Source: a virus
Taxonomy: Duplodnaviria > Caudoviricetes
Length of the DNA stretch: 64,000 nt
Reading direction: 5' to 3' (one strand)
IMG/VR virus record: IMGVR_UViG_3300027858_000004
Location: 32,001-96,000 of that record
Below the pieces are notes generated by a model, which was not told the DNA's origin, searched no databases, and saw only the letters and a program-made list of their open reading frames with translations. A program made the position numbers and the translations under genes. Of the stretch, positions 11,285 to 20,776 are shown one piece after another (the stretch's first letter is position 1; each line of letters begins with the position of its first letter).

Positions 11285-12043
11285 ATGTCTAAAACAAGAG
11301 CTATTAAGCGAACATTGCCTATTATCGCTGTGTTGATATTATGGTGGATAGGCAGTAAGTTTAGCACCCCTTTATTCCTACCTGAGCCTGAAAAAGTAGG
11401 GGAAACATTTTTAGACTTGGTTCAAAATGGAATGCTTCTAGAATCACTGAAGGCTTCTCTTTTCAGAATAACATCTGCAACACTTTTAGCGGCAGCTATC
11501 AGTATTCCAATTGGACTTCTTGTGGCGAACTATAAGGTTATCGACGATGTGGTCACTCCGATTACCAGTTTCATGAGGTTTATGCCAGTAACAGCATTTT
11601 ATCCTCTGTTGATTATGTGGATAGGAATCGGAGAGCTAATGAAAGTATCTTTTCTATTATTTGCAACAATATTCTTCTTCTTACCAACAGTTATCTTAGC
11701 TGTGAAAGACGTAAGTACTGACTTAATAGATACGGCTAGAACAATGGGAATGTCGAAGTTAAAGGTGATGACGAGGGTTCTTCTTCCAGCTTCATTACCT
11801 TCCATTGCCCAATCTTTCCTAATGATGTACGGCATTGGATGGACATATATAATTATCGCAGAAATGATAAATACAAATATTGGATTAGGATATCTAATGA
11901 ATATTGGGTCGGCAAGAGGAAGAACCGATATGGTATTTGCTGCTTTAATCACTGTTTTGATTGTTAGTTACATTTTTGATGCCATTGGTAACTCAGTTAT
12001 TAGAAAAGTATTTAAATGGAAGTTCATTAGAAAATCTGAATAA
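11285..12043 (+). CDS. ABC transporter permease, SsuC/TauC type
   Basis: Multiple TM segments, EAA-like loop DTARTMGMS, IIAEM..GLGY. Confidence 0.9.
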   Translation: MSKTRAIKRTLPIIAVLILWWIGSKFSTPLFLPEPEKVGETFLDLVQNGMLLESLKASLFRITSATLLAAAISIPIGLLVANYKVIDDVVTPITSFMRFMPVTAFYPLLIMWIGIGELMKVSFLLFATIFFFLPTVILAVKDVSTDLIDTARTMGMSKLKVMTRVLLPASLPSIAQSFLMMYGIGWTYIIIAEMINTNIGLGYLMNIGSARGRTDMVFAALITVLIVSYIFDAIGNSVIRKVFKWKFIRKSE

Positions 12044-12055
12044 CTATAGAAGGCG

Positions 12056-12676
12056 GTGAGAACAAGAGTGATACAAGTAGAAAACCTAAGCGTTTCTTTT
12101 GGAAGTAACAAAATACTAAGTGATTTAAACATCAATTTTGAAAGTAATAAGATTTATTGCATACTTGGAAAAAGTGGAACGGGTAAAACAACATTGCTGA
12201 GAAGTATCGCTGGGTTACTTAAGCCATCTGAAGGAAAAGTATTATATGAAGGCAAACAAATCACAAAACCAATCAAGAATATATTTATGATGCATCAAAA
12301 CTATACTAACTTTCAGTGGAAAAATTGCATGGAGAACGTACTGTTCCCAATAAAGCTCAATAGGAAAGCCACCAACGAAGATTATATTGAAGCTACTAAA
12401 CTTTTAGTGGGAGTTGGATTAGGAGACCACGTTAAAAAGTATCCAGAGCAGTTATCAGGTGGTCAAAAACAGCGTCTGTCTCTAGCTAGAGTTCTAATGA
12501 GCAAGCCAGAAGTAATACTTATGGATGAGCCATTAAGTGCTTTAGATGATAAGACTAGGGAAGAAATGCAAGATTTAATCATGAGCTTTCAAAAAGAAAC
12601 GAAGAGCACAATTATTATGATTACACACAGTAAGAGTGATGCCGACAAAATGGCTGACCATATAATTCAATTATAA
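12056..12676 (+). CDS. ABC transporter ATP-binding protein, SsuB/TauB type
   Basis: Walker A GKSGTGKTT, signature LSGGQKQR, Walker B ILMDEP, H-loop ITH. Confidence 0.95.
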   Translation: MRTRVIQVENLSVSFGSNKILSDLNINFESNKIYCILGKSGTGKTTLLRSIAGLLKPSEGKVLYEGKQITKPIKNIFMMHQNYTNFQWKNCMENVLFPIKLNRKATNEDYIEATKLLVGVGLGDHVKKYPEQLSGGQKQRLSLARVLMSKPEVILMDEPLSALDDKTREEMQDLIMSFQKETKSTIIMITHSKSDADKMADHIIQL

Positions 12677-12690
12677 CAGGAGGAATTTCA

Positions 12691-13269
12691 ATGACAAAAA
12701 AGAAATCAATATTTGAAAAGTTAGGACTAGTAGAACCAAGTGAGGATTTTAATCAAGATGAATTAATCGAGTCATTACAATTGCAATCAATGGAAATAGA
12801 GCAAGATGTTTATCACAATCATGTTCCCGAAATGGTTCTTCAATTTGGAGAAGACGAAGATTTTCTAATTGTAACAGAGATTTACGAAAAAGCTGAAATA
12901 TCAGACCTAAGCAAATCAATTTTTAAAGCAGAAGAATTCGGAAATCATTTGCCCAACGATTTACCTTCAGAAGTCAAGCGCCAGTCTGTGATTGGAATCT
13001 TAACAGCGTCAGGATTACAGGTTGAAGAGCTATTTGAGGATGCAGAAAAGCGCATTAATGCTCTTAAAGAAGTATCAACAGTGACTACTGAGAAAAGCAA
13101 TTTAGTAATTGCAGAAAAAGAACAGGAAACTATTGATTTACTAAATAAAATCGATTCTTTAAAGCAAGATATAATTAATCGAAAGACAGCACAAGAGAAA
13201 CAAGACGGTCTCATTAACGATGAGTTAACTAAGATTGGTCAAATATTAAAATTTATCTCACCTAAATAA
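12691..13269 (+). CDS. Hypothetical coiled-coil protein in the ABC operon
   Basis: 192-aa ORF with RBS, helical C-terminus. Confidence 0.7.
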   Translation: MTKKKSIFEKLGLVEPSEDFNQDELIESLQLQSMEIEQDVYHNHVPEMVLQFGEDEDFLIVTEIYEKAEISDLSKSIFKAEEFGNHLPNDLPSEVKRQSVIGILTASGLQVEELFEDAEKRINALKEVSTVTTEKSNLVIAEKEQETIDLLNKIDSLKQDIINRKTAQEKQDGLINDELTKIGQILKFISPK

Positions 13270-13283
13270 GAGGAGGAAACAAT

Positions 13284-14018
13284 ATGGAAACTATTGTATT
13301 AGGAATAATTGTACTTTTAATAGCTGGTGTACTCATTTTTGGTGGAAGCAAATTAAGAGTGTTGCTTAAAGGGTTCGTAGGACTGTTTGTTGAAGACTTA
13401 GCTAAAACTCCAGAAGGAGCTTCTGCGGTTTATAACCAAGCAATTGAAAAATCTCAAAACGACTACAACACAGCTCACAACACGCTTCAAAAAGTTGCTG
13501 GACAATTAGACTCTTCTCAGAAAAGTGTAGTTGCTACCAACGACAAGATACAAAAGGCAGAAGAAAAGTGTGAGGCTTTTGCGAAATCTGGGCAATTTGA
13601 TAAGGTAGAGTTGTTTGCTCAACAGCGCAACGACCTTCTGGAAGAATTAGAATTTCACACAAGAACTGTGAAAGAATTAGAGCCAATTTTTGAAGAGGCT
13701 AAGCGAATTAGTAATTATCTAGAGCAGAAGCTATCAAAATTGAAAAAAGATAAGACTCGTGTTACCAATGATTTAAGATTAAATAGACAACTTAAAGATA
13801 TGTATGACGACATGGATGAGCTAAAAAATACAACTAACGTTGATAAACTTTTAGATTCTGTTAAAGAAGGTGTCAAAGACTCTCGTGAGAAGGCAGTTGG
13901 AGCTAAGGTTGTACATGGTAATAAACTATCCACAAAAATCTCAAATGCAGATGAAGATGCTAAAAAACTAGTTAGCAATGACTATGTTGAAGAATTAAAG
14001 AAAAAATACCAAAAATAA
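13284..14018 (+). CDS. PspA/IM30-like coiled-coil protein with N-terminal membrane anchor
   Basis: N-terminal TM, then PEGA..VYNQAIE and long heptad helices resembling PspA. Confidence 0.6.
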   Translation: METIVLGIIVLLIAGVLIFGGSKLRVLLKGFVGLFVEDLAKTPEGASAVYNQAIEKSQNDYNTAHNTLQKVAGQLDSSQKSVVATNDKIQKAEEKCEAFAKSGQFDKVELFAQQRNDLLEELEFHTRTVKELEPIFEEAKRISNYLEQKLSKLKKDKTRVTNDLRLNRQLKDMYDDMDELKNTTNVDKLLDSVKEGVKDSREKAVGAKVVHGNKLSTKISNADEDAKKLVSNDYVEELKKKYQK

Positions 14019-14042
14019 AAACTAGTTATACAAAAAGAAGGG

Positions 14043-15581
14043 ATGAAAAATATGAAGATGAAAAAAGTTACTCTTGCAGGAAAAATTGTTATCTTTAGCT
14101 TAGTATTAATTATGGTTCTTGGAGGTACGTACTTCTTCGGAGGGTTTGGTGCTTTAAAAGAAATGGCAACATCTGATAATGAAAGTGTTCATGGTAGCAG
14201 CTCTAAAAACACAAATGAAATTAACATTTCACTAGATGAGTGGGTTGGATGGAAGTCTGTTGTTGACGCAAATGGTGGATTAACAACTAAAAAAGGTTCC
14301 ATTTATGATGAGTTAGGAATTAAAGTTAACATTAGTATTATAAATGATGCAACTCAATCCTCAAACGCTCTAATCAACGGAAAACTTGATGGAGCTGGTT
14401 ATACTATCAATAGATATGCTTTCTTATATCCTAAGTTTAAAGAAAATAACACAGAAGTTGTAATGCCGTATATCACTAACTTTTCATCTGGTGGAGATGG
14501 AATTATTGCTAAACAAGAGATTAAAAGTGTAGAAGATTTACTTGGTAAAAAGATAGCAGTACCACGATATAGCGAGGCTCAAACTTTAGTTTGGTGGTTA
14601 TTAAATAAATCAGGACTAAATGAAGCACAAGTTAAGCAAGTTGAAAAAGATATGGTAATGTTTGATACTCCTGATGATGCAGCAAAAGCATTTTTCGCTG
14701 GTCAAGTTGATGCAGCAGCTACATGGCAACCATATTTAACTCAAGCACAAGATACAACAGGAGCGAAGCTATTGTTCTCCACAAAAGCAGCTCACAACAT
14801 TATTTTAGATGGAATTGTATTTGAAAAAGGATTCTTAGATAAGAACAAAGAAACTGTAGCGAAGTTTATCGAAGGCTCATTGAAAGCTGAATCACTATAT
14901 ACAACCGATTTCACTTCAATTAAAAACACTATGCCTTTATTTTCAACTGAATCAAATGAAAATATTAAAGCAATGTCTGAGGATGCTACACTATCAACTT
15001 ATTCAGAAAACGTAGAATTACTAGAAACTACTGCCAAAACACTTTTTGTGGACATGAGTAATATCTGGACAAACATTGGTGAAAAATCTCTTCCTAAAGA
15101 AATGGATAATGCCTTTGAATCTTCAACTATAAAACTCTTAGAAGGAAAATTTGAAGAAAAAGAATCCACTGGTCTAGCATTTACAGAAGAACAAAGAACC
15201 CATGCTAAACAAATTGACAATGTTGAGTCCCTATTAAAAAAATCTGTATCAATTAATTTCCAACCTAACAGTGCAGCATTTGTTAATGTGGAAGAGGCTT
15301 CAAAAGTACTAAGCGAATTCTTTGGAACAGCTCAAATCTTAAATGGTGCAATTATTCAAATTGAAGGAAACGTAGCTGGAAAAGACGGTGGCGAAGCAGC
15401 TATTAAACTATCTGAACAAAGAGCAAAAACAGTTGCAGTATATCTACAAAATCAAGGTGTTGACCCAACTCGATTCGTAATTATCGGAAATGGTGAGTCT
15501 AAACAAATTGCCGATGATAGCACTGAAGAAGGTAAAAAGCAAAACAGACGTACAGATGTATTCTTTAAAATTGTTGAATAA
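14043..15581 (+). CDS. ABC substrate-binding protein (SsuA/NMT1-like) fused to a C-terminal OmpA-like peptidoglycan-binding domain
   Basis: SSGGDGIIA..IKSVEDL.GKKIA, VDAAATWQP; C-terminal INF..NSA, IEG, LSEQRAKTV..YL, G.GE, NRRTD. Confidence 0.85.
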   Translation: MKNMKMKKVTLAGKIVIFSLVLIMVLGGTYFFGGFGALKEMATSDNESVHGSSSKNTNEINISLDEWVGWKSVVDANGGLTTKKGSIYDELGIKVNISIINDATQSSNALINGKLDGAGYTINRYAFLYPKFKENNTEVVMPYITNFSSGGDGIIAKQEIKSVEDLLGKKIAVPRYSEAQTLVWWLLNKSGLNEAQVKQVEKDMVMFDTPDDAAKAFFAGQVDAAATWQPYLTQAQDTTGAKLLFSTKAAHNIILDGIVFEKGFLDKNKETVAKFIEGSLKAESLYTTDFTSIKNTMPLFSTESNENIKAMSEDATLSTYSENVELLETTAKTLFVDMSNIWTNIGEKSLPKEMDNAFESSTIKLLEGKFEEKESTGLAFTEEQRTHAKQIDNVESLLKKSVSINFQPNSAAFVNVEEASKVLSEFFGTAQILNGAIIQIEGNVAGKDGGEAAIKLSEQRAKTVAVYLQNQGVDPTRFVIIGNGESKQIADDSTEEGKKQNRRTDVFFKIVE

Positions 15582-15598
15582 TAAACGTAAATTAGTTA

Positions 15599-15627
15599 TT
15601 GACAAAACAGATGAAGCGTGATATACT
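15599..15627 (+). promoter_or_regulatory. SigA-type promoter
   Basis: TTGACA-17bp-TATACT; downstream TATACTAAGTAAGTAGTAAAGAA identical to the 11209 promoter. Confidence 0.85.
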
Positions 15628-15883
15628 AAGTAAGTAGTAAAGAAACGAACATGAAAAAAACATAAAAATGAAAAGAGGAATAAAACATGAAAATAGAAGA
15701 AGCAAGAGTAATAGCGCTACACGACACAATGGATGTAAACTTTAGTAAAGATGATGTAATTTCAATTGCAATTGGATTATTAGAATTGCGCTTCAACGGT
15801 GATTATAAACTAATTATTGACAAAATTCAAGAGTTTAAAAATTATTTTGATGAAGCAGATAAAATGTTGGGGGAGAATGAATA

Positions 15884-16579
15884 ATGTTAAAAGGATGGAC
15901 AACCTTCGAGAAAACTTGGCTAGGGACGTTCACTCTGATTAACATCTATCTCTTCTTCGCATGGCAAGACTCGCTATTGGGGTTAGTAAGCTCAATAGCA
16001 GGTATGCTATGTGTGGTGTTAGCTGGTAAAGGACGAATAAGCACATATTACTTTGGAATTATACAGTGTGGAACATATGCTTACATTAGTTACACATACG
16101 GATTATACGGTGAATCAATGCTAAACGGATTGTTTTACTTCCCACTTCAGTTTCTAGGAATCTATCTTTGGAATAAGAATAAAGTAGAGTCATCGCAAAT
16201 TGGAGAGCAAATTAAAGTTAAAACTTTGAATAAAAAACAATGGATTCAATTGGGATTAATAACTGTAGTTTCAGCCATTGCATATGCTTACTTCTTAAAT
16301 CTAATTGGTGGACAACAAGTTAGAATCGACTCATTAGCAGTTGTGTTATCAGTTATTGCGCAAATCTTAATGCTGAAACGATATGTTGAGCAATGGGTAC
16401 TATGGATTGCAGTAAATGTACTATCAGTCGCTTTATGGTTAATCACCCTGATTCAAACTGGTGGAAATGACTGGTCAATGCTAGTAATGTGGCTTGCGTT
16501 CACCTTTAATTCTATTGTCAGTCTCCACAATTGGAAGAAAATGAACAAGGAGCAGAGTCAGGATGGCAAAGTTAAATAA
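15884..16579 (+). CDS. pnuC: Nicotinamide riboside transporter PnuC
   Basis: Multi-TM protein, GLYGE, G.YLW, RYVEQWVLWIAVN motif; next to nadR. Confidence 0.9.
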   Translation: MLKGWTTFEKTWLGTFTLINIYLFFAWQDSLLGLVSSIAGMLCVVLAGKGRISTYYFGIIQCGTYAYISYTYGLYGESMLNGLFYFPLQFLGIYLWNKNKVESSQIGEQIKVKTLNKKQWIQLGLITVVSAIAYAYFLNLIGGQQVRIDSLAVVLSVIAQILMLKRYVEQWVLWIAVNVLSVALWLITLIQTGGNDWSMLVMWLAFTFNSIVSLHNWKKMNKEQSQDGKVK

Positions 16580-17342
16580 TTTACTCGTAGGAGATAGAAA
16601 TTGCAAATTAGAGATAGTTCAAATTTTAGGCTCCATACCTTTTCCAAAGAAAAACAGTGTAAAAAGAGTAGTCTTAAAAGTAAAATGTGATTGTGGAAAT
16701 ATAAAAAATATTCCTAATTACACTTTCAAAACAGCACAATCTTGTGGATGCATTAGAGAAAATATGGCGAATATATTTAAAGTTGGAGACAAGCATAATA
16801 GACTTACAATAATTGAGGACTTAGGAAGAACTATATTGCCCAATACAAAAACACTGGCAAGATGTGTGCGATGTTTATGTGATTGTGGTAATGAAATAAC
16901 TAGTCAGTGGACTAATGTTAACCAAGGAAATGTTAAATCTTGTGGATGCCTAAAAAGTGAAACATCTTCAAACACTGTAAAAATAATGCAAGAAAAGAAC
17001 TTTGTGCATGGAGACTCCAAGAAGAAAACAAAGTTCAACAGATTATATAATGTTTGGTGCAGAATGAGACAAAGATGTTATAATCCAAAACAGGAAAAAT
17101 ACAAATGGTATGGCGGTTCTGGAATAAGAATTTGTGACGAGTGGTTGGATGATTATCTCTCATTTAAAAATTGGGCATCATCCAATGGATATAAAGATGA
17201 CTTAACCATTGATAGAATAGATGTAACAAAAGACTACTCACCAGAGAATTGTCAGTGGCTAACAGCTCAAGAGAACATAGAAAAAGAATATACAACTGAC
17301 AGAGAAACCAGAAGAGCGATGCTGGAGGAGAAAAGAGTATGA
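16563..17342 (+). CDS. Free-standing HNH-type homing endonuclease
   Basis: Two CDCG..SCGC repeats; MRQRCYNP..YGG.GIRICDEW..TIDRID...YSPENCQW. Confidence 0.85.
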   Translation: MAKLNNLLVGDRNCKLEIVQILGSIPFPKKNSVKRVVLKVKCDCGNIKNIPNYTFKTAQSCGCIRENMANIFKVGDKHNRLTIIEDLGRTILPNTKTLARCVRCLCDCGNEITSQWTNVNQGNVKSCGCLKSETSSNTVKIMQEKNFVHGDSKKKTKFNRLYNVWCRMRQRCYNPKQEKYKWYGGSGIRICDEWLDDYLSFKNWASSNGYKDDLTIDRIDVTKDYSPENCQWLTAQENIEKEYTTDRETRRAMLEEKRV

Positions 17343-18415
17343 ACTATGGTGTTGAGATATCATCTTATAAAAAAGACTTAGCTATTGGAATGTACTCTGG
17401 AAAGTTCCTACCTTTCCACAAAGGACATCTAAATTGTATTCTACAATCAGCTTCAATGGTTGATGTTCTGTTTGTGGTAGTTGGTTATGACGATGAGTGG
17501 GACAAGCTTCTATGTGAAGGAACTGAATTTGAATGGATTTCATCTAGAGTAAGAGAAAGATTAGTAACAAAAGCCTTAAAAAACATTCCTAACATTCGTG
17601 TGCTTTCACACTATGAAAGACGCTCTGAGGACTATATGAATGACCCAATGGTAAAAGAGGCAAACGATGAGCTTCTTGAAAAGCTTGGTGGAAAGATTGA
17701 TTATGTATTTAGCAGTGAATTAGAATATGAAGAATACTTTAATAAGTATTTACCAAATAGTAAACATATTATCTTAGATTCAGAGCGAAGTGTCATTGAT
17801 ATATCTGCAACTAAGATTAGAAAAGATGGTGTCCATAAGCATTGGGACATGTTACCACGCTCAGTGCAAGAGCATTACACTAAGCGCATGGCTTTCTGTG
17901 GCATTGAGTCAACAGGGAAGAGCTTTATGACTAAAAATTTAGCAGCTCTATTTAATACGAATTTCGTAGAAGAATACGGTAGAACATACTACGATGAGAT
18001 TAATGGATGCTTTGACATAGATGCAGTTGAAGACTTTTATGAAATAGCAGCAGGTCACACTCATTTAATTAACCAAGCAGTAAAAGATTCAAATCAAGTT
18101 ATGTTTATTGATACAGATTTAATTTATACACAGTTCTTTAGAGTTAATGGATATGGAACCATGTGTCCAGTAGTAGCATCAATGATTTGGGAAGGTGTAG
18201 AAAAAATAGATTTATACATCTATTTAGAACCACACAATGAGCATGAGTTAGATGGCTCTAGGCTACCAATTGACGATGAAAAGAGAAATAAGAAGAATGA
18301 TTTCTTGAAGAGATTGTACAGAAGCTATGGTGTTGAGCTAGTAATTGTTGATGAAAAAGATAAGGCAAAGCGATTAGAAAAATGTATTGATTTAGTTAAA
18401 AACTACTTAAACTAA
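17339..18415 (+). CDS. nadR: NadR-type NMN adenylyltransferase / ribosylnicotinamide kinase (no HTH)
   Basis: GKFLPFHKGH (HxGH), ISATKIR, Walker A GIESTGKS, EEYGRTY, FIDTD. Confidence 0.92.
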   Translation: MNYGVEISSYKKDLAIGMYSGKFLPFHKGHLNCILQSASMVDVLFVVVGYDDEWDKLLCEGTEFEWISSRVRERLVTKALKNIPNIRVLSHYERRSEDYMNDPMVKEANDELLEKLGGKIDYVFSSELEYEEYFNKYLPNSKHIILDSERSVIDISATKIRKDGVHKHWDMLPRSVQEHYTKRMAFCGIESTGKSFMTKNLAALFNTNFVEEYGRTYYDEINGCFDIDAVEDFYEIAAGHTHLINQAVKDSNQVMFIDTDLIYTQFFRVNGYGTMCPVVASMIWEGVEKIDLYIYLEPHNEHELDGSRLPIDDEKRNKKNDFLKRLYRSYGVELVIVDEKDKAKRLEKCIDLVKNYLN

Positions 18416-18432
18416 AATATGGAGGTTTTATA

Positions 18433-19913
18433 ATGTTAGTCGAACTACAAGATGGTGGAATTGAAGAAATTTACGCTGATAGCTTTGGCATGAGTGGATG
18501 TGAAACGTGTAATTACGGTAGCGAGTACACAAATGAATATACCATTCAAATGACAAAAGGGACACTTGATATCAAAGTAAATCAGGAGTATAAATATGCC
18601 TTATCTGATGGAGATATGATGAAACTCATGTTGCAAAAGGTTGAAGAAATTAAAGTATTGACTGAAGACGAGTTCGTTAAATGGATTGAAGAAGCCGTTG
18701 GTAGTCTTGTAGAAGAAAAGAATAATGGCTATGACTACAAAGAAAGCAATTTCACTTATACACCTAAATTTCCAGACAACAAAGTTGTACTATTCGACTA
18801 AGGAGAATCTATATGACACTTATTGAGTTTGCTGAGAAGTTTGTAATTGAAGAAGGGACTACTCTTTTACCATTTCAACGGAAGATAATCGAAATATACA
18901 TGAAGAATGAGAACCCAATGATATTACAATTTGGTCGCTCAGAGACCATGTGTGGATTAAGTAGAATATATGAACAATACAAAATGAATTAAGGGAGAGA
19001 TTGGATGAAGACACTTAAAGAGTTTGGGTACAAAGGGTATATCATTGATGTTAAAGCAAAGTTCAAAGAAAGTACCAGAGAATATTCAGATATCGAAGCC
19101 TTCTATGATTCTGTATTAATTGAGATGTCAGTTAGGCAAGCAGGTTTTCCGATATTTCAAGAGGGCAAAACCATCGAAAAAAGAAGAGAAAACAAAGTAG
19201 AATTACACAACTCAATGCTTGATAGTATTGAAGGTTTAATAGATAAAGCTAAATTAATAATCGATAAAAAAGTAAGAGAAGAAGAGATGACAAATGGACT
19301 TCCTGAAAGTCTGTTAGCTGAAGAGCCAAAGGAGAAAGCATCTGAAGAAGCGGTAATAGAAGTAAAGATAGACATAGATGAAGATGAAGATTTGGATGAA
19401 TACATCTATAACATAGCTAAAAAAGCTATTGAAGACGACCACCAAGAAAAAATGAAACAGTTTTCATCAGCATTAACAGAAGGTCTAAAAGGAATGAAGC
19501 CTTAATCAATAAAAATGAAAATAGGAGGAATATAAATGAAAGAAAAAGTATTGTGCTGGAGAGATGGAGATAGAGGATTTCTAGGGACTATTGGAGACTC
19601 AACAAGTCATCCAGATTACCATGTAGGTGACGTAATAGTTTATAAGAATCCATATAGCAATGAAGGGATGGTCACATCTGTCATAAGCAAAGATAAAGAT
19701 GGAAAAGATTACCCAATGGGACTGAAGGGTACTAGTATCCTTGAGCTTTCTAAAAAAACAGAGGTAATATTAGTTGTTAATCATACAAATCTAACAGATG
19801 ACATTCTTCATGATATTAGGTCTGCGGTAAAACTAAAAGAGATTGAAGTAATAGAAATGAATAAGACACAAATTGAAGAAGAATTAGGATACAGAATTAA
19901 AATAGTAAACTAA
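18433..19913 (+). other. Hypothetical genes 18433-18801, 19005-19505, 19536-19913
   Basis: ORFs with RBS; no recognisable function. Confidence 0.7.
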
Positions 19914-19942
19914 CATAAAAGACTGATTTTATTAAAAGTTAG

Positions 19943-19990
19943 ACACAAGATGTAGTGTATGTGAATTAATGTAGACACAAGATGTAGTGT
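19943..19990 (+). promoter_or_regulatory. Tandem NrdR-box-like operators
   Basis: ACACAAGATGTAGTGT at 19943-19958 and 19975-19990, 32-bp period; matches the acaCwAtATaTwGtgt consensus. Confidence 0.75.
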
Positions 19991-20012
19991 TTAGTTGAAA
20001 GAAGGAGAGAGC

Positions 20013-20597
20013 GTGAAGTTACAACTAGTATTACCAGTACCAACATCTATAAATGCTTTATATGTGAATCAGTTTACCTATGACCCATCTATTAGAAGAC
20101 GTGTTCCAACAGGTGGGAGAGTACTCTCAAAAGACGGTGAAAAGTGTAAGAAAGAGATTCAATCGCAAGCAACAAAGCAATTAAAAGAACAAGAGTGGGA
20201 CTACAATTGGACTGCTGATAAAAATAGCTTCTTATATCAAGATGCAGTAATATACTTCTCTAGAAGAGGTAGGGACGACAATAACGTATATAAGCTACTT
20301 AATGACTCATTAGAAAAGATTATATATGAAAATGATTCAAGAGTATTAGTACGCACACAGAAGATTCTATACGATTCAAAAAACCCTAGAATAGAACTAA
20401 CATTAACACCTGTTGACTATGTAGGAATATTTAAAGACAGTGTTGAATCTGATGCATTTGAGTTAAAATGTAGAGGCTGTAGCAGATACAGAGAAGGTAG
20501 ATGTTCCATTTTAGTAGATTCTTTAGCAGGAACCATAAGAGAAGAAATTACTATTATCAATGAGATGGAATGTAGTAAATATAAAAATAAAAAATAA
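20013..20597 (+). CDS. rusA: RusA-like Holliday junction resolvase
   Basis: PVPTSINALY, RDDNNVYKLLNDSL, ENDSRV, PRIEL; probable GTG start at 20013 after AAGGAG. Confidence 0.8.
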   Translation: MKLQLVLPVPTSINALYVNQFTYDPSIRRRVPTGGRVLSKDGEKCKKEIQSQATKQLKEQEWDYNWTADKNSFLYQDAVIYFSRRGRDDNNVYKLLNDSLEKIIYENDSRVLVRTQKILYDSKNPRIELTLTPVDYVGIFKDSVESDAFELKCRGCSRYREGRCSILVDSLAGTIREEITIINEMECSKYKNKK

Positions 20598-20610
20598 TTT
20601 TAAAAACAGG

Positions 20611-20639
20611 TTGCTTTTAACTAGTTAATTCCATATAAT
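20611..20639 (+). promoter_or_regulatory. SigA-type promoter upstream of the putative SSB gene
   Basis: TTGCTT-17bp-TATAAT with palindrome TTAACTAGTTAA in the spacer. Confidence 0.65.
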
Positions 20640-20776
20640 TAAATAGTAAGAAGAAAGGAGTGTAGAAGTTGTAGCGACTTTAAAAAAGAAGTTTAAAAGT
20701 TACTTATTGACAATCTATACACTTAAAAAAAGACGAACAAAACAAAAAACCAACACACAAGAGGAGAGAATTTAAC

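Noticed and set aside
16563-17342. Fourth intron around the HNH gene
   Set aside because: No non-coding flanks or P7-type core; pnuC and nadR are each intact.
19940-19990. Mini CRISPR array
   Set aside because: Only two 19-bp copies with a 13-bp gap and no cas genes; an NrdR-box pair fits better.
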